NCBI GenBank assembly: GCA_964016885.1
Contig: OZ024743.1
Span: 21,018,001-21,082,000, forward strand
DNA from: Eledone cirrhosa
Taxonomy: Eukaryota
DNA length: 64,000 nt
Direction: 5' to 3'
Shown: piece by piece, positions 1 to 12,941 of the stretch
Numbering within the stretch: position 1 is the first letter of the stretch
Layout: every line of letters begins with the position of its first letter
The notes under the pieces: model-generated
The model's database searches: none
Told to the model about the DNA's origin: nothing
What the model saw: only the letters and a program-made list of their open reading frames with translations
Translations under genes and position numbers: made by a program

Positions 1-13
1 TTACTCTATGGGT

Positions 14-51
14 CGGGCTGCAGGGGAACCTAAAGGTTCCCCTGCAGCCCG
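14..51. repeat. Perfect 18-bp GC-rich hairpin
   Basis: CGGGCTGCAGGGGAACCT (14-31), AA loop, exact reverse complement at 34-51. Confidence 0.9.
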
Positions 52-299
52 GGGGAAGATACAGGCATGCTCTCAATCATTTTACACTCCATCCAATAGA
101 ACATCCTGGATGTGACAGCTGGAAGGAGAGAGGGCTGCACCAGCACTGAGCTGTTACCTTTTCATCAACCACAAATGACTGAAAAACAAAGTGGAACTCA
201 GCTAGATATTAACTCAATATGCAGAGACCTGAGAAAATATCCAACACTTTAATTCCTGTGACAAATTGACCAACTACCAGTCTATGTCTAGTCAATATT

Positions 300-414
300 G
301 TTCAAATCCCGCCAAGGTTAACTTTGCCTTTCATACTTACTGGGTCGATAAAATAAAGTACCAGTAATACACTGGGTATTTGCTGGCCTTGTGCCAAAGG
401 TAGAAACAATTATT
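300..414 (+). mobile_element. tRNA-derived SINE family A, 5'-truncated
   Basis: B-box remnant TTCAAATCCC, core AACTTTGCCTTTCAT...GGTCGATAAAATAAAGTACCAG and tail GCTGGCCTTGTGCC...TAGAAACAATT, all shared with other copies in the window. Confidence 0.85.
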
Positions 415-472
415 AACTGTACTGTTGAAAGTAGTATCCCATAATGTCAGTAAAAGAAATACAAACACATAA

Positions 473-790
473 GAAGTCAATGTACTTGAATCTTACATCA
501 TTTTATTGATTACATTATTACTGTTATATATATTTCAGTGGTATCTATTGTATAATAGATGCGACCTTATCAGACAGCTGTTATGTAATCTTTTGTTCAT
601 CAAATGATATGTCAGCTGGGCATTGGAGAAGAAACCTCAAAGCCTGCCTGAGATGTATACAAAAGATTACACAATAGCTCTCTGATAAGGTTGTATCTAT
701 TACATAATCGATACCACTGAAATACATATATATATATAATAGTAGCAAAGTAATCAATAACATTATGTAAGATTCAAGTACATTGACTTC
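473..790. mobile_element. Diverged inverted-repeat element with two outward-facing HHR-like motifs (Penelope-like terminal repeats)
   Basis: Arm 473-594 is an imperfect reverse complement of 661-790. Each arm has CTGATAA-hairpin-GAAATA(C/T)ATATA (minus 520-578; plus 677-743). Core G8 is A in both copies. Confidence 0.7.
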
Positions 791-1579
791 ATTATTATAT
801 TAATACTCCACATTTGTTAGTGGATCAACAAGTACAACCTGAAAATCAATAATTGATTAACTAACACCAAAGAACCATATATATATATTTTATTATTATT
901 TTTTTTTAATTTTTACTGGTTTCAGTCATTAGATTGAGGCTATGCCTTGAAATGGTTTTGTGTCAATCATATCAACTCCGTATATAAATTATCTTCTTAT
1001 TTTATCAATCTATAATTCACAAACTGGTAAGTTATGTGACATAAAATATCATCACCTGATTTTAAGTAGTGTCAAATACAGATAGGAATACACACATTAG
1101 GCTTCTGTACAGCTTCCATCGACCAAATTTTACTCTCAAGGCATTAAAAAGCAAGTTGTTAACCATATAATCATACCTACACCTCTGCTGAATAGCAGGG
1201 AAAAGCAGACGTAAAATGATGATCATGATCATGATATATATGGTTGTGGTGATGACATGATAAATCACCCTTTAAGGAGATCATGTCTGTGACACAACAA
1301 AAAGCACCTATTGAAACCTGTAAAGTGGTCATATTGGTGGGCACAACATAAGGTACTCAGTCAACCCTGTGGAGCAATCAAATTGGTGACGTGAAAAAAG
1401 CCCCCAGCCAAACTGTAAAGGCATAGAAACAAAATCAGAAACTCTTCTGTATGAGCAAGATATGATCACCTGATGTGACTTGTCTCACAATGGGACAACT
1501 CATTTGACCCATGTTAACATGCATAAATGATGTTAAACAGTGATTATGATGATGATATGTGTGTGTGTATGTGAGTCAG

Positions 1580-1862
1580 TAGGTACATGGTTTAGCATAT
1601 TCAGCTCATGGTCGTATGTCATGAGTTCAATTCCCAGCAATACATTAGGTCCTTGAGCAAGGCACTTTATTTCATGCTGCTCCACTACACACAGCTGGCA
1701 AAAATTAGATGTACCTGTAATTCAAAGGGTCACTGTGTTATGCTGGATATCTCTAAGAATTATATTAAGAGTACATATGTCTATGTAATGTTCAGTCACA
1801 TACATGTTAATTTCATGAACTCGCTGTTCCATTGATCAAACAACTGGAACACTCATCACCAA
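1580..1862 (+). mobile_element. Old tRNA-derived SINE (family D)
   Basis: GAGTTCAATTCC B-box and CCTTGAGCAAGGCACTTTATTTCA core; body similar to the minus-strand copy at 58660-58949. Confidence 0.6.
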
Positions 1863-2600
1863 AACCAATAGATGAGAGGAAGAATAAGGTATGTATGTGC
1901 GTGTGAGTATGTGTGCAGTTCACCATGCAAATAACATTGAAAGAGTAGAGTTTATATATTCATTTGATCAAAGTCAAAAACTCACTTCAACATGATTCCA
2001 GGTTTCCTGATCTGTAAAACATTTGTCAATGTGAAAATATTACAGAATGGTAAATTTGGCATAACAATGCTTTCATAGCTTTGAACAAATTAAATACACA
2101 CAGAGAGTTGTATATATATATTTATATAGTAAGGTAAGCACACATTTGGGTAAATCTTTAGTATCAGACATGTATTTGTAATAATATATATTCGTCTTAA
2201 ATTCATGAACATTTTGTAACAGTGTTATTTCTATGTACAAGATGATACCTTGACCCACAAATGTTGACCTGTTATCCATGAAATACTAGGGTCTAATTTT
2301 ATACAAGGTCTATGGAAAATTCCAGATTTTTTGCCAAAACTAGGGATTCAACTATTACTTGAATAAATATGGTATAAATATATATATAGAGAGAGATCCA
2401 CTTTTGGTGTACAAACAGAAGAAAGAGTACTCAAAGTACAGTATATTCATTCACTTGAGGCTATTGACTCCCCTTTTTATGTGCAATCCTTCAAGCCACA
2501 AAAGTAATTCATCTTATGTTATCACCTGAAGGATTCAGTATATATATATATATATATATATATAAATTAAAAAAGAGAAAACAGAGCTGTTATATATATA

Positions 2601-2766
2601 ATAAATTTAATATAGAATTGGCTTCTACAGGACTAGAACTGTTTCATTCGAAGGAAATCACCAGGAAATCCCTGTAGCCATTTCTACATTAAATTTGCTG
2701 TTAACACTCTACCAATGTATTCAGTAGCTTCCTTACTGTGGTTACCCCTGATTGATCCCAGGACTC
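2601..2766. mobile_element. TA-flanked short element with partial fold-back and a minus-strand HHR-like motif
   Basis: Minus 2625-2677 reads CTGGTGA-tttc cttc gaat-GAAACAGTTCTAGTC. Arms 2606-2631 and 2671-2693 are inverted. Homologous to 34038-34225, including the tail TTACTGTGGTTACC. Confidence 0.7.
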
Positions 2767-2779
2767 ATATATATATATA

Positions 2780-2937
2780 TGACTATATAGTTAAGAAGTT
2801 TTCTTTGCAACTACATGATTGTAGCATTTATCTCACTGTGGACAAGCTTGGACAACTGTTTTCTACTATAACCTCATTCTAACCAATGCATTCTGAGTGA
2901 ATTTAGTAGACAAAAACTGTACAAAGTCTGGTGTATA
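2780..2937 (+). mobile_element. Degenerate SINE (family C) fragment
   Basis: GTTAAGAAGTTT...CAACTGTTTTCTACTATAACC resembles the decayed head at 48950-49075. Confidence 0.45.
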
Positions 2938-3340
2938 TGGGTACTTGTTTGTCTGGATATTTTTGGTATTTGTACCTTCTCTTCAATGCATTGCTATAGT
3001 AGGTTGCGGTAGTTGTTTACATCCAATTTAAGGAAAATACTTGAGGCTTAGTAGTTGCATGTGTAAAGATATTTACCTGTCTTTAAGAAAATTTATTTTT
3101 AAAATAGCTTAGTACCAGGTAAGTCATGCTGCTATAGAATTCTACTGCTAAAACGTCATGTCCTACCTATGCCAGTATGGAATAACAAATGTAAAAATGA
3201 GTTTGATGAAGTACCAAGCACACATGTATTTTTATATTTAACCCTTTTCACTGAGCTTCCTGAAACTGCTCATAGCTCTGATACTAAGCTATTTATTTTT
3301 AAATGTTTTTATTTATCTAAAAACCTTCCACCATAATTCT

Positions 3341-4002
3341 TCTTCTTCTTCTTCTTCTTCTTCTTCTTCTTCTTCAGCCACTTATTCGAGAGAGGATCAC
3401 GGGTGCAGAGTCCTCAAACACTGATTGCAGCAGGTCTTGTCAGAAGCAACTGTCTCCAACTGATCCAGTTGGATCCCCAAGCATGACCAGTCAAGCTTAT
3501 GTATGTTATCCAACCATCTTGCTCAGGGTCTACCTCTAGGTTTCCTGCCAGTTGGTTTTACCCACAAAATCTATCCAGCAATTCTTTCCTGAGACATTCT
3601 AACCATATGCCCATAGTATCAGAGCTGTGATCTCTCAATTAAGAGAAGTAGCAGCTCAACCTGGAGTGATTCTCTGATCTCCAAGCTACACACTCTATTA
3701 AATATCATTACTCCAAAGACCATTCAGAAAAATCCCATTTTGGCTGCTTGTATTCGCAATCATATTCTTTTGGTCATTATCTAAGATCCATGACCAAAAG
3801 TAAGAGTTGGCATGACTACCGAATTGAAGATAGAGTCTTTGGCTTTTACACCTGCCTTCCTTCTGCTTACTGAATTCTGAAGCTGGCACATTACTGCACC
3901 AGCTCCTGCAATTCTTGCACTTAATTCATTCCAGCCATGCAGCACTTGGCATCAAACCTATCAAGTGCAATTTGAAGATGATCATCTGTTGAGTTAAGTA
4001 AT
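3341..4002 (-). mobile_element. RTE-clade LINE 3' fragment (Rex3/Expander-like) with (GAA)n tail
   Basis: Minus translation IERSQL*YYGHMVRMSQERIA...PTGRKPRGRP*ARWLDNI; 9-bp TSD CATAATTCT at 3332-3340 and 4003-4011. Confidence 0.8.
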
Positions 4003-4022
4003 CATAATTCTATTTAATTAAT

Positions 4023-4202
4023 TGTTTCTACTTTAGGCACAAGGCCAGCAATTACCCAGTACATTACTGGTACTTTATTTTATCGACCCTGTAAGGATGA
4101 AAGGCAAAGTTAACCTTGGCGGGATTTGAACTCAGATCGTAAAGGGACGTAACTATGCTGGAAAGCATGCCCGACCCTCTACCAATACTGCCAATTCACC
4201 TG
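4023..4202 (-). mobile_element. SINE family A
   Basis: Full head-core-tail on minus strand; 13-bp TSD CTATTTAATTAAT at 4010-4022 and 4203-4215. Confidence 0.9.
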
Positions 4203-4537
4203 CTATTTAATTAATGTTGTTAAGTTATGATCCAAGCAATAGAAATTTATAAAACTAATACCCTCTCAATGCCTCTTTTCAAAATGATTGGAAAATTATA
4301 GTTAGTATCTTTCATTAGAAATTTAGTAACTAAATGTTTAATTTGAAAATATAACTTCGTTTCTCACTATATATTGTATTTATTTTAATTTTAACCAAAT
4401 TGGCATAGTTGGATGGGACAGTGGTATATTTTTTGACCAGTTTTCTTTACAGTGGGTGACCTTTCTTGTGCTCACCACTAAACTATGCAACATAAGGAGA
4501 TAAATTGAAACAATTAATATTATGTGATTTCCTTTAA

Positions 4538-7113
4538 CCCTTTAGCATTTATATTACTCTATATTTCATTTCATTTCATTTGAGTTTGAGTCCATGCTCA
4601 GGCCAAGTCGAAGACTCCACCCTCAGAGTCTGGTGTGGTTGCCAGGTTGTATTCTCTGTTTAATTTTGACATGTGTAGGAGCGAGTTTGAGTCAGTTTGT
4701 GCTCGTTGTGTATATCCTGGGAGATGAGGTTCATCTCTAATGGTGCTTAAGTATCTATCCAGCTGCAATTTGAATGATTCCACACTGCATCCTGATAGAT
4801 TTCTGACATGTACCGGAATGGAGTTGAATAGTTGTGCCCCTCGAACCAACAGACTTGACTCTCGCAGGGTTTTTGCTGCCTGGCCAGCCCTTTTGTTGAT
4901 TGGTGGTAGCTGGCAGCATATTCCGTGGTGCAGTGAGTGGTAGGTTTTGATACCAAAGTTTGGCACCTTTTGCTCTATCATTTTCCAAATGTATATAATT
5001 CGGTATCGCTCAAATCTTCTTTCTATTGAGTACATCTTCAAGGTTTTGAGTCTTTGCCAATAGTCCAGGTCCCTCGTTTCTGAGAAGTATGAGGTAAAAT
5101 TTCTTTGGAGCGATTCCATCTTAGATAGTTGGTCCTTTGTTGTTGGTGACCACAACTGAGAACAGTAGTCAATCCTCGGAAGTATCATACTGTTCCATAG
5201 GGTTTTCATTGTTGAGGTATCTCTTGATTTGAAGGTGCGCAAGATCCACCCGCTGTACTTTCTTGCAGTAAGACAGACTGAGTCAAGGTGTTCTCTGAAT
5301 TTTAGGCTGATTCCCATGTGGATGCCTAAATCTTTCACACACTGTTTTTCCATTATTTGTTGCCTTGATGGGTTTCTGTAGTTTGTTGTATTTTTCAGAC
5401 CTTGATCTGTTCCGTAGCGAATTAGTTCAAACTTCTTATCATTGAACAACATGTTGTTTGTTTCCTGCCATTTGTATATGGTGATCAGGTCCTTTTGTAA
5501 GGCCTCTGTATCCACCTCGTCTTTGATTTGTCTCATGACCCTGGTGTCATCAGCAAAGGATGAGACGTTGCTGGTTGTATCTTCATCTATGTCAGAGATG
5601 AGGATGAGAAACAGGATCGGGCTGAGTACTGTACCCTGAGGAACACTGCTGGTCACAGGTGATGGTGTTGAATGGGTTCCATTCACAGTGACTGTTTGAG
5701 TTCTATTTGTAAGGAACTCATGTATCCATGTACCAACTTTTCCTCCTACTCCTAGCTTTCGAAGTTTGTGTCCCAGGATGCCATGATCTACCTTGTCAAA
5801 TGCCTTGGCAAAGTCGAGGTAAATAACATCTGTGTTGTATCCATTCTCTAGATTTTCTAGGATTTGGTCATGGTGTGCCAGTAGTTGGGAAAGACATGAT
5901 CTAACCTGAATCCATGCTGGTTGCAATTCATCAGATTGTTGGATTCCAAGAACTCAACCAGTTTTCCACGAACTATTCTTTCGAAGACCTTGATAATGTG
6001 TGATGTCAGTGAGATTGGTCGGTAGTTCTTTGGTTTTGATTTGCTGTCCCCTTTATGTATTGGAGTTATGTGTGCTTCTTTATATGTATTTGGTATTTTG
6101 CCATTCTCCATAGATTCCTTCCATATTATGTAAAGGGGTTTCAACAATTGTACCTTGCAGTTTTTAAGTATCATGGCATTGAAACCATCAGGCCCCGCAG
6201 CCGAGTGCATGGAGAGCTTGTCTATGGCTCTTTCTATGTCTTCTGGGTTGAAATCAATGTCGGATAGGTTTAGTATGGTCGATATCCTTGAAGAATTCTC
6301 CTGGGTCATGGATCTTCATGGTTTTAGATGGCTCACTGAAGACACTTTCATACTGTTGACCCAACATTTCTGCCATTTCAATAGGGTTATTCACTACATC
6401 CCCATTTTGTCTCTGGAGAGGTCCTATTGTTGACTTGGTATTCGAGTATTTCTTTGCAAAACTGTAGAAACATTTTGGATTTTTCTTGATGTTTTCTATG
6501 GCTCTCTTTTCTGCATTGTTACGTTCTTCATCATAGTGTTGTTTTAGATTGTCTTCTAATCTGTATATTTGGTCAAGGACTTTCTGTAGTTCATGTTTTG
6601 ATGTCAGCTTAGATGTTTTGTTTCTTAGTCTTGACCTTTTGCGCATCAGGATCTTTCGCTCCCGTGGTACAGGTTTTTTTGTGGATTTGGTTTTCTTAAG
6701 AGGAATATTTTTTGCACATATTTCTTCGATCTTGTTTAAGAATTTCTTGTGTTTATCTGGCCCAGTAAGGTAGAGATCCCAGTCAATGATTTGTAACTGG
6801 TTGTTAATAGTTTCCCAATTTGCCTGGTGATAATCATACCTGCATAGCTTTGGCATGTCCTTTTGTTTAAGAGTTGTGGCATTGGGCTCATTACCAATGT
6901 GTAAATGCATTTCAATAATATTGTGGTCTGAAAGGATTGTTTTCACAGTTAAAGCTTTACCTCACATAATTATCTCCCTTAATATAAGATTTTGATATTA
7001 TTTATTTTGAGAACAGTACCTTAAGGTCTGCATGAGCAGCTGGTTACAGCTGGTTTGAACAGAAAAAGGTGAGAGAATTCTGGATGGATATGGCCGGTTT
7101 AAATGCTAAAGAG
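4538..7113. mobile_element. piggyBac-type MITE split by a CR1-group LINE
   Basis: TTAA (4534-4537)|CCCTTTAGCATTTA ... TAAATGCTAAAGAG|TTAA (7114-7117): 14-bp TIR with one mismatch. Confidence 0.7.
4563..6948 (-). mobile_element. CR1-group LINE, 5'-truncated ORF2 (RT) with two frameshifts
   Basis: ORFs 6254-6946, 5857-6309 and 4598-5926 join into one ORF2: AAGPDG, NYRPISLTS, NQHGFR, YLDFAKAFDKVDH, VPQGTVLSP, FADD, KDLG. 3' tail (AAATG)n. Confidence 0.9.
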
Positions 7114-7638
7114 TTAAGGGCTCTCAACATTAACTCATAAGTACCCAGTGACTTAATTTTGCAGCCATTATGCCTCATATATAAACACATTGCATCTTTT
7201 TTTATAATTGATATATAGGTGCTACGAATATTTTAATTTTTTGAATATATAAAAAGTATCTTAGTATTTTGTTTACATTACAGATGATATGCTAGGTGAC
7301 CAGGTACACCAGCCAATCTAAAATATGATAAATCAATTAATAAAATATGGCAGACAATAATTCACGTTTCAAAATTCTTTGTTATGAAATGTCATCAATG
7401 TATACAGTTTAAAAAAATTGAGAGAAAAAAACCACAAAATTTCAGGTTGTTGATTCAAGTCTGGAATAAATTTTGATAAATAGCTCCAGGCAAAGTAATT
7501 TTATTCATTAATATATATATATTAATGAATAAAATTATAATGAAAAAAAAATACTTATATATGTGTGTGTATGGGAAGATAAGAGAGTTTTTATTTTATG
7601 TTGGAAAAATCGTATTTGTGTGGAATGATTATATAAAT

Positions 7639-7818
7639 AATTGTTTCTACTTTTGGCACAAGGCCAGCAATTACCCAGTGTATTACTGGTACTTTATTTT
7701 ATCGACCCCGTAAGGTTGAAAGGCAAAGTTAACCTCGGCAGGATTTTAACTCAGATCATAAAGGGCCACAACTCTTTGCTGCAAAGCATGGCGTCCGACC
7801 CTCTACCGATACTGCCAA
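7639..7818 (-). mobile_element. SINE family A
   Basis: Near-identical to the copies at 4023 and 12128. Confidence 0.9.
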
Positions 7819-7899
7819 ATAATAATGAAAGAACAACCTACCAGATATTTTTCTCAATGTGGTTAATTAAGTCATGTAATATAATTCAACTGGTTAATC

Positions 7900-8660
7900 A
7901 GTGAGGAAGATGACTTCATGTGAGTAAGATAGTTAATATACCTGGACTGATGCATCAGTTTCTGCAGTTCCAATCTACCAAATGGAGCAACCATATGCAG
8001 AATATTAGGTAATGATATTATGAATTATGTAACTTGGTGTGGGACCGTGTTGTCAACAGCAGTTTGCCACCTGTAATGGAAAGACCAATATGGTGTACCA
8101 CTACCTTCAGTTGCTGAAGCAACTGACTAGTAGTTTACAACTTCTAGTGACGTGTGATGTCACATGAAAGAAAAGATAAGCTGGGCCTGACCATTTACTG
8201 GAACTAACGTTGGCAAATTTATTATTCACATTGAAAAAATATATGACAATTGCCAAAAGCACTCTACCAGGGTGCTTTCAAATAGGAAACAAATACAGTA
8301 CATCATCATCATCATCATTTTACGTCTGCTTTTCTCTGCTTGCAAGGGTGGGACGGGAACTGATTCTGGCTTGATTTCTACAGCTGGATGCCCTTCCTAA
8401 CACCAATCTCATTTACAGTGAGTGCTGGGTGCCTTTTTGCCATGACACCTCCACGACCACTTTGCAGTGGAATGATAGGGACTCCAGTCCCTATCATCTC
8501 ATTTCTACAGCTGAGTAAACTGGAGCAATGTGAAATAAAGTGTCTTGCTCAAGGAAACAAAACATCAGCAAACAATAAATAAATCGAAGTAGGAAAACAA
8601 AGTGATAAATTTCAACTTACAATTTAAATGATAGATATATATATTATTTACTACACAGTT
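7900..8660. repeat. Unclassified interspersed repeat interrupted by a SINE B
   Basis: Colinear diverged homology to 39780-40265 (CTTCATGTG.GTAAGAT, CATATGCAG.ATAT.AGGTAATGATA, ACGTTGGCAAA, TTTCAAATAG.AA..AAATACAGTA|CAGCAAACAA). Confidence 0.7.
8301..8567 (-). mobile_element. SINE family B, head-truncated, RTE-type (GAT)n tail
   Basis: CCTTGAGCAAGACACTTTATTTCAC core, TTAGGAAGGGCATCCAGC body, GACGTAAAATGATGATG tail. Confidence 0.9.
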
Positions 8661-9124
8661 CATTGTGAAAACTGGGGGACAACGAAAATTTGTTACTAGC
8701 ATGCAACTATTAATCAAAAGCAAAGCAAAACTTCTCGTAAATAAAACCAAAAACTCTTTCTCTTTTTAGGATATATAAGGGTTGAATCTATATAGCCTAT
8801 TTCCTGTTTCATCTTGTTGTGAATCATTTGTTTGGAATGTGGGAAAGTACTGCTAGATAAGTTTCTATTGAATACCAACTAGACTGACAGACATTAAAAA
8901 GCTAATATAATTTTATTTAATATCAGAGTTGAGTGCAATTGAATATAGAAATATTCAGAAGTTCATAATTTATTTTATTATTTACTGCTTCAGTATTTTG
9001 AACTTGTTGATTAAATGGCTTTCAATATTTAGTTACAGTCCTTTATGTTTTTTCTTAAAATCCCACTGAGACCACCTTTGCTATTCCTTTTCCCAGAGTA
9101 ATTAAATTACTAGAAGCCATATAA

Positions 9125-10320
9125 AATGTGGTATCAGAAAGCTGCTGGATCAAACAAAAATATACACCAGTCAGTGCCAAATGTTGAAAAACATTCGAAA
9201 AATTTATCGTAAAAAATTTGGGGGGTCAGGGAGATGGTTGCCCCCTGGCCAATGGGGCCCTAATGGTAACACAATGGTAAATCCTAAACACAATGGTAAA
9301 TCCAGCACCGACACCAGTATTCTATTAAATAACGTGTTTAATATATTATGTATATTCACATTCCATCCCCTTTGAAATAGTTCCTTTGACAATATAATCT
9401 CGCTTTGATACAGTAATACCAACATGTTTTATTATCTTCAAAAGCACCATGGAAGTTCTCTTTCTGAAGGTCATATAATATTGCTTGAGATAAGATTGAA
9501 TGTTTTCTCCTATCTCAAAGCAGCACATCTTCAGCTTCAACACCAGTTTGAGAAACAGCAGTCACAAGATGCAACTGCTTTTGTGTATCTAGAACCAGTG
9601 AACAAACTTTGCTGTAATGTGATGCATACTCAAATTTGATGCGAGAATGTCCTTGCAGATACTACAACTGATTCCAATCATTCAAAAGAGCTAATAGATT
9701 TTTCAGTGACAATTTCTTCCATATTTTCTGGCATTTTGCTAGTGATTGTTTGCCCTAACTTTGCTTTTCATCCTTTTAAGGTCAATAAATAAAGTGCCTG
9801 TCCAGGACCGAAGTTGATTCTTCTAACCTTTCTTTTTTTATCTAGAAGAAATCGACTGTGCTTTGTCTGGGGAAGGATGTGCTCTGCCAGGTATAAAATT
9901 CCCAAGACAAGCTGTGTCAAGATGGTATGTCTACAACTCCATTAGGAGTTAAGGGCCTTTTACATTACCTGTCTACTCTGAATGTGCATCATTTTCAACT
10001 GACATTTGTGTGCTACTCAAAAAACTGTTTGTTCTAAAAACTGTTTCCAAAGTATTTTGCAGTTCTCAGTAGCAAGCTTTGTGTCAAATTTAATGCAAGT
10101 GTGTTGTTCATATTTGTCAGCCATTGTAAAAAATGCAAAACCATCCTAACATAATATTACAAACCCTCACACAGTAACTGAACAGAAGTAAATAACGTGA
10201 AACTTACTTGTAGATTGACTCGGTAGATTGGATAGCATTGATAATCAGCTGCACATGCATTTCCGTTGAACACTAGAATCACAGCAAGCATAGTCCGGAA
10301 ACTTTCTCATAACATTTCCT
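9125..10320 (-). mobile_element. Highly decayed mariner-type transposon
   Basis: Minus strand MADKYEQHTCIKF (mariner N-terminal EQRxCIKF-like) near 10125 and LSMHHITAKFV (xxRxVxAKxVP-like) near 9600-9635; weak terminal inverted similarity. Confidence 0.5.
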
Positions 10321-10605
10321 ACTGTGTTTGATTCAATTGAATGCATTCCTTCTGCATAACTTGGTGCTTTTCTGCCAATATTAGAATTCACTATTACAAT
10401 CATTTATTTTCAGCAAGTTTCTACTGCATTACTAGTTGCACTTCTATGTTCCTTAAGTGTGTGCAGCATTGTACTTTTAGAGTGTAGGATTGTATATACT
10501 TCATTGTGGGATGTTATTGTATTGTTTTTGATGTCACTTAACTGTTTTATCTGTTGTGATATAGTATTGAATGCTAATTGTATAGCATATAGGTTTTGTG
10601 GGCTA

Positions 10606-12010
10606 TGTTGATGTTGTTTAGCTCCAGATTAACCATGATTGAGAGGAACTATGACCAAGGTATTTTAGCCATGACTTTTCTTTACAAGTAGATAGAGTAT
10701 GCATTGAGCAAGATTTAACTATTATTTCTTGTTGAATTGTGTTATTTTACTTGGTGGTGCTTGTTTAAAATATGAGAAGAAGATTGAGCAGAAAGTGTAT
10801 TTTGTGAATTGTGTTATTCAATGGAAAAGGTTTTGCATTGAATGTGATGCTTTGATAGATTCTTTAATACACCTTTTCACAATGCTTTGATCAGAAGTGA
10901 TTGAAATGTCTATAAGAGTAATTGATTTTTATTGCTGTCTTTTATGTATTTTATTATATTAGAACAGATCACATTGTCATAGCCAGGTCATTGCCATACA
11001 CTATCCAAGTATCAGCACGCTACCTGATTGACGTAGCTTCTCGCCCAATTATATCTGTTGATATATTAGATCATTGTTAGGATTGGATAACCAGAAATTT
11101 TTATTAGTCTGCAGTTGATGTTAGGTCCTTATTATATTGTTTTATTTTTGTAGTTTTTTTTAATATTGGGAATTGATCCTGGGTAACTGAAATCAGACGT
11201 TTTATTTCTGCCTTTTGTCCCATTGTTGACTTTCATACTGACTTACCTCCTACCTATAGAATCTTGCAGAATATTAGCCATAGAATTTTATTTATCCATT
11301 CTGCTGTTTAGTTCTTATTTTTGACATAATTAGTTTCTAATTTGTACTTTATTGCTTCCTTATATATAACGAGAAAAATATTTTGTTTTCATTGTTTTCT
11401 TATTACATTTATTATTTTTGCTTTGTTTACTTCTATGTATTTTCTATACCCCCCTCTCTTTACTTTGAGATCGCTCTTTATGTACATTAAAGCTCTTCTT
11501 CTGTAGTGTAGGTACATCCTATTTACATTAGTTTTAGGATGGTATGTTCATAATGCAGTAAGTAGATTTCTAGTTTTCCATTCTAAACTCTTTAATTTAC
11601 TTATCTTTCAGTTTATTATGCTGAAGCTGTAGTTTATAACTGGAGTGGTTAGTATATTTATGCTTCTTATTTCATTTCTGACAATGAGTTCAGTTTTTAG
11701 TATCAGTCCAATTCTGTTGTAGTAATCTTTATATTTTTTTCTTAATTTCTATGTGATATAGCTTAACAGTTTTTTCTTCTAAGTATTAGTATGGAAGGTC
11801 ATGGTCTAATTTGCATATTTCAATAATTAAATCTAAGTTAATGTTTTTAGTTTTAATTAATTTACCTTTTATTAGAATATCTTTTTTACATTTGTTTAAC
11901 CCAATGCTTATGTTGAATTTATGTGAGTTATTTGCAGTTTCTTCTGCTAGGTGTTGTCTCTTATAAATAGTTTTCAGTTATCGACATCTAGGAAGTGTTT
12001 TATAATGTGT
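10606..12010 (-). mobile_element. Very degenerate LINE remnant
   Basis: 3' end module with (AAC)n-like tail resembling 45825-45915; broken PGxD/NFW-like RT-leader fragments; strong strand skew. Clade uncertain. Confidence 0.35.
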
Positions 12011-12127
12011 CTATAACATTTACAACCATTGATGGTTCCATTCAAGAAATATTTTCTGGTGAAGTCAAAGCTAGATAGAATAGTAGACAGGCTAATGAAT
12101 TTCCTTGAAGGATTCATTATCTTACAG

Positions 12128-12307
12128 GATTGGCAGTATCGGTAGAGGGTCGGGCGCCATGCTTTGATGCATAGAGTTATGGCCCTTGCTATTCTGAGTT
12201 CAAATCCCGCCGAGGCTAACTTTGCCTTTCATCCTTACTGGGTTGATAAAATAAAGTACCAGTAATGCACTGGGTAATTGCTGGCCTTGTGCCAAAAAGT
12301 AGAAACA
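12128..12307 (+). mobile_element. SINE family A
   Basis: A-box TGGCAGTATCGG, B-box GAGTTCAAATCC; 12-bp TSD ATTATCTTACAG at 12116-12127 and 12308-12319. Confidence 0.92.
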
Positions 12308-12422
12308 ATTATCTTACAGTTATAGGGATGATTCTTATCATCTTTCTGCTTTGCAATGTTATAGTTTTCTTTCATTTGATATGGCATTGTTGATATTTTG
12401 TCAGTATTGGAGCTGCTTTATA

Positions 12423-12730
12423 TCATCATCATCATCATCATTTTACGTCCGCTTTTTCCCTGCTTCCAAGGGTGGGACGGGAACTGATTCTGGCTTGATT
12501 TCTACAGCTAGATGCCCTTCCTAACACCAACCTCATTTACAGTGAGTGCTGGGTACTTTTTTGCAGTGGTGCCTACACGACCACTTTGCAGTGGAATGAT
12601 AGGGACCCCAGTCCCTATCATCTCATTTCTACAGCTGAGTAAACTGGAGCAATGTGAAATAAAGTGTCTTGCTCAAGGAAACAACACATCACCCGGTCTG
12701 AGAATTGAACTCACAACCTTTCGATTGCAA
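12423..12730 (-). mobile_element. SINE family B
   Basis: Same modules as the 49076-49460 copy. Confidence 0.9.
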
Positions 12731-12906
12731 TCCTAATTACTGGGACGAAACATTGTCAGCAAATAAAGATTTTTAATGTATTAAAGGCTTCTTTGTTGTT
12801 TTATATAATTTTTCGGCTCTGTTTGATAACATTGAGCTATCTCTTATACTGTTATTTCTCTAATACGACGAGTGTGTTTGACTCTAATACACTCAAGTAT
12901 TTTTAT

Positions 12907-12910
<4 letters not shown>
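12731..12910 (+). mobile_element. Penelope-like terminal fragment with the 3' half of an HHR
   Basis: Hairpin TCCT...GGGA, then C-GAAAC-ATT-GTC, AATAAA at 12762 and a (TA)n end. The CTGANGA half is absent, replaced by the SINE. Confidence 0.5.

Positions 12911-12939
<29 letters not shown>

Positions 12940-12941
<2 letters not shown>

Larger units (their letters stand above)
3242..4337. mobile_element. Degenerate TTAA-type (piggyBac-like) MITE interrupted by an RTE fragment and a SINE
   Basis: Starts TTAA|CCCTTT and ends in a decayed AACTAAATGT|TTAA; the two nested insertions each have their own TSD. Confidence 0.4.
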
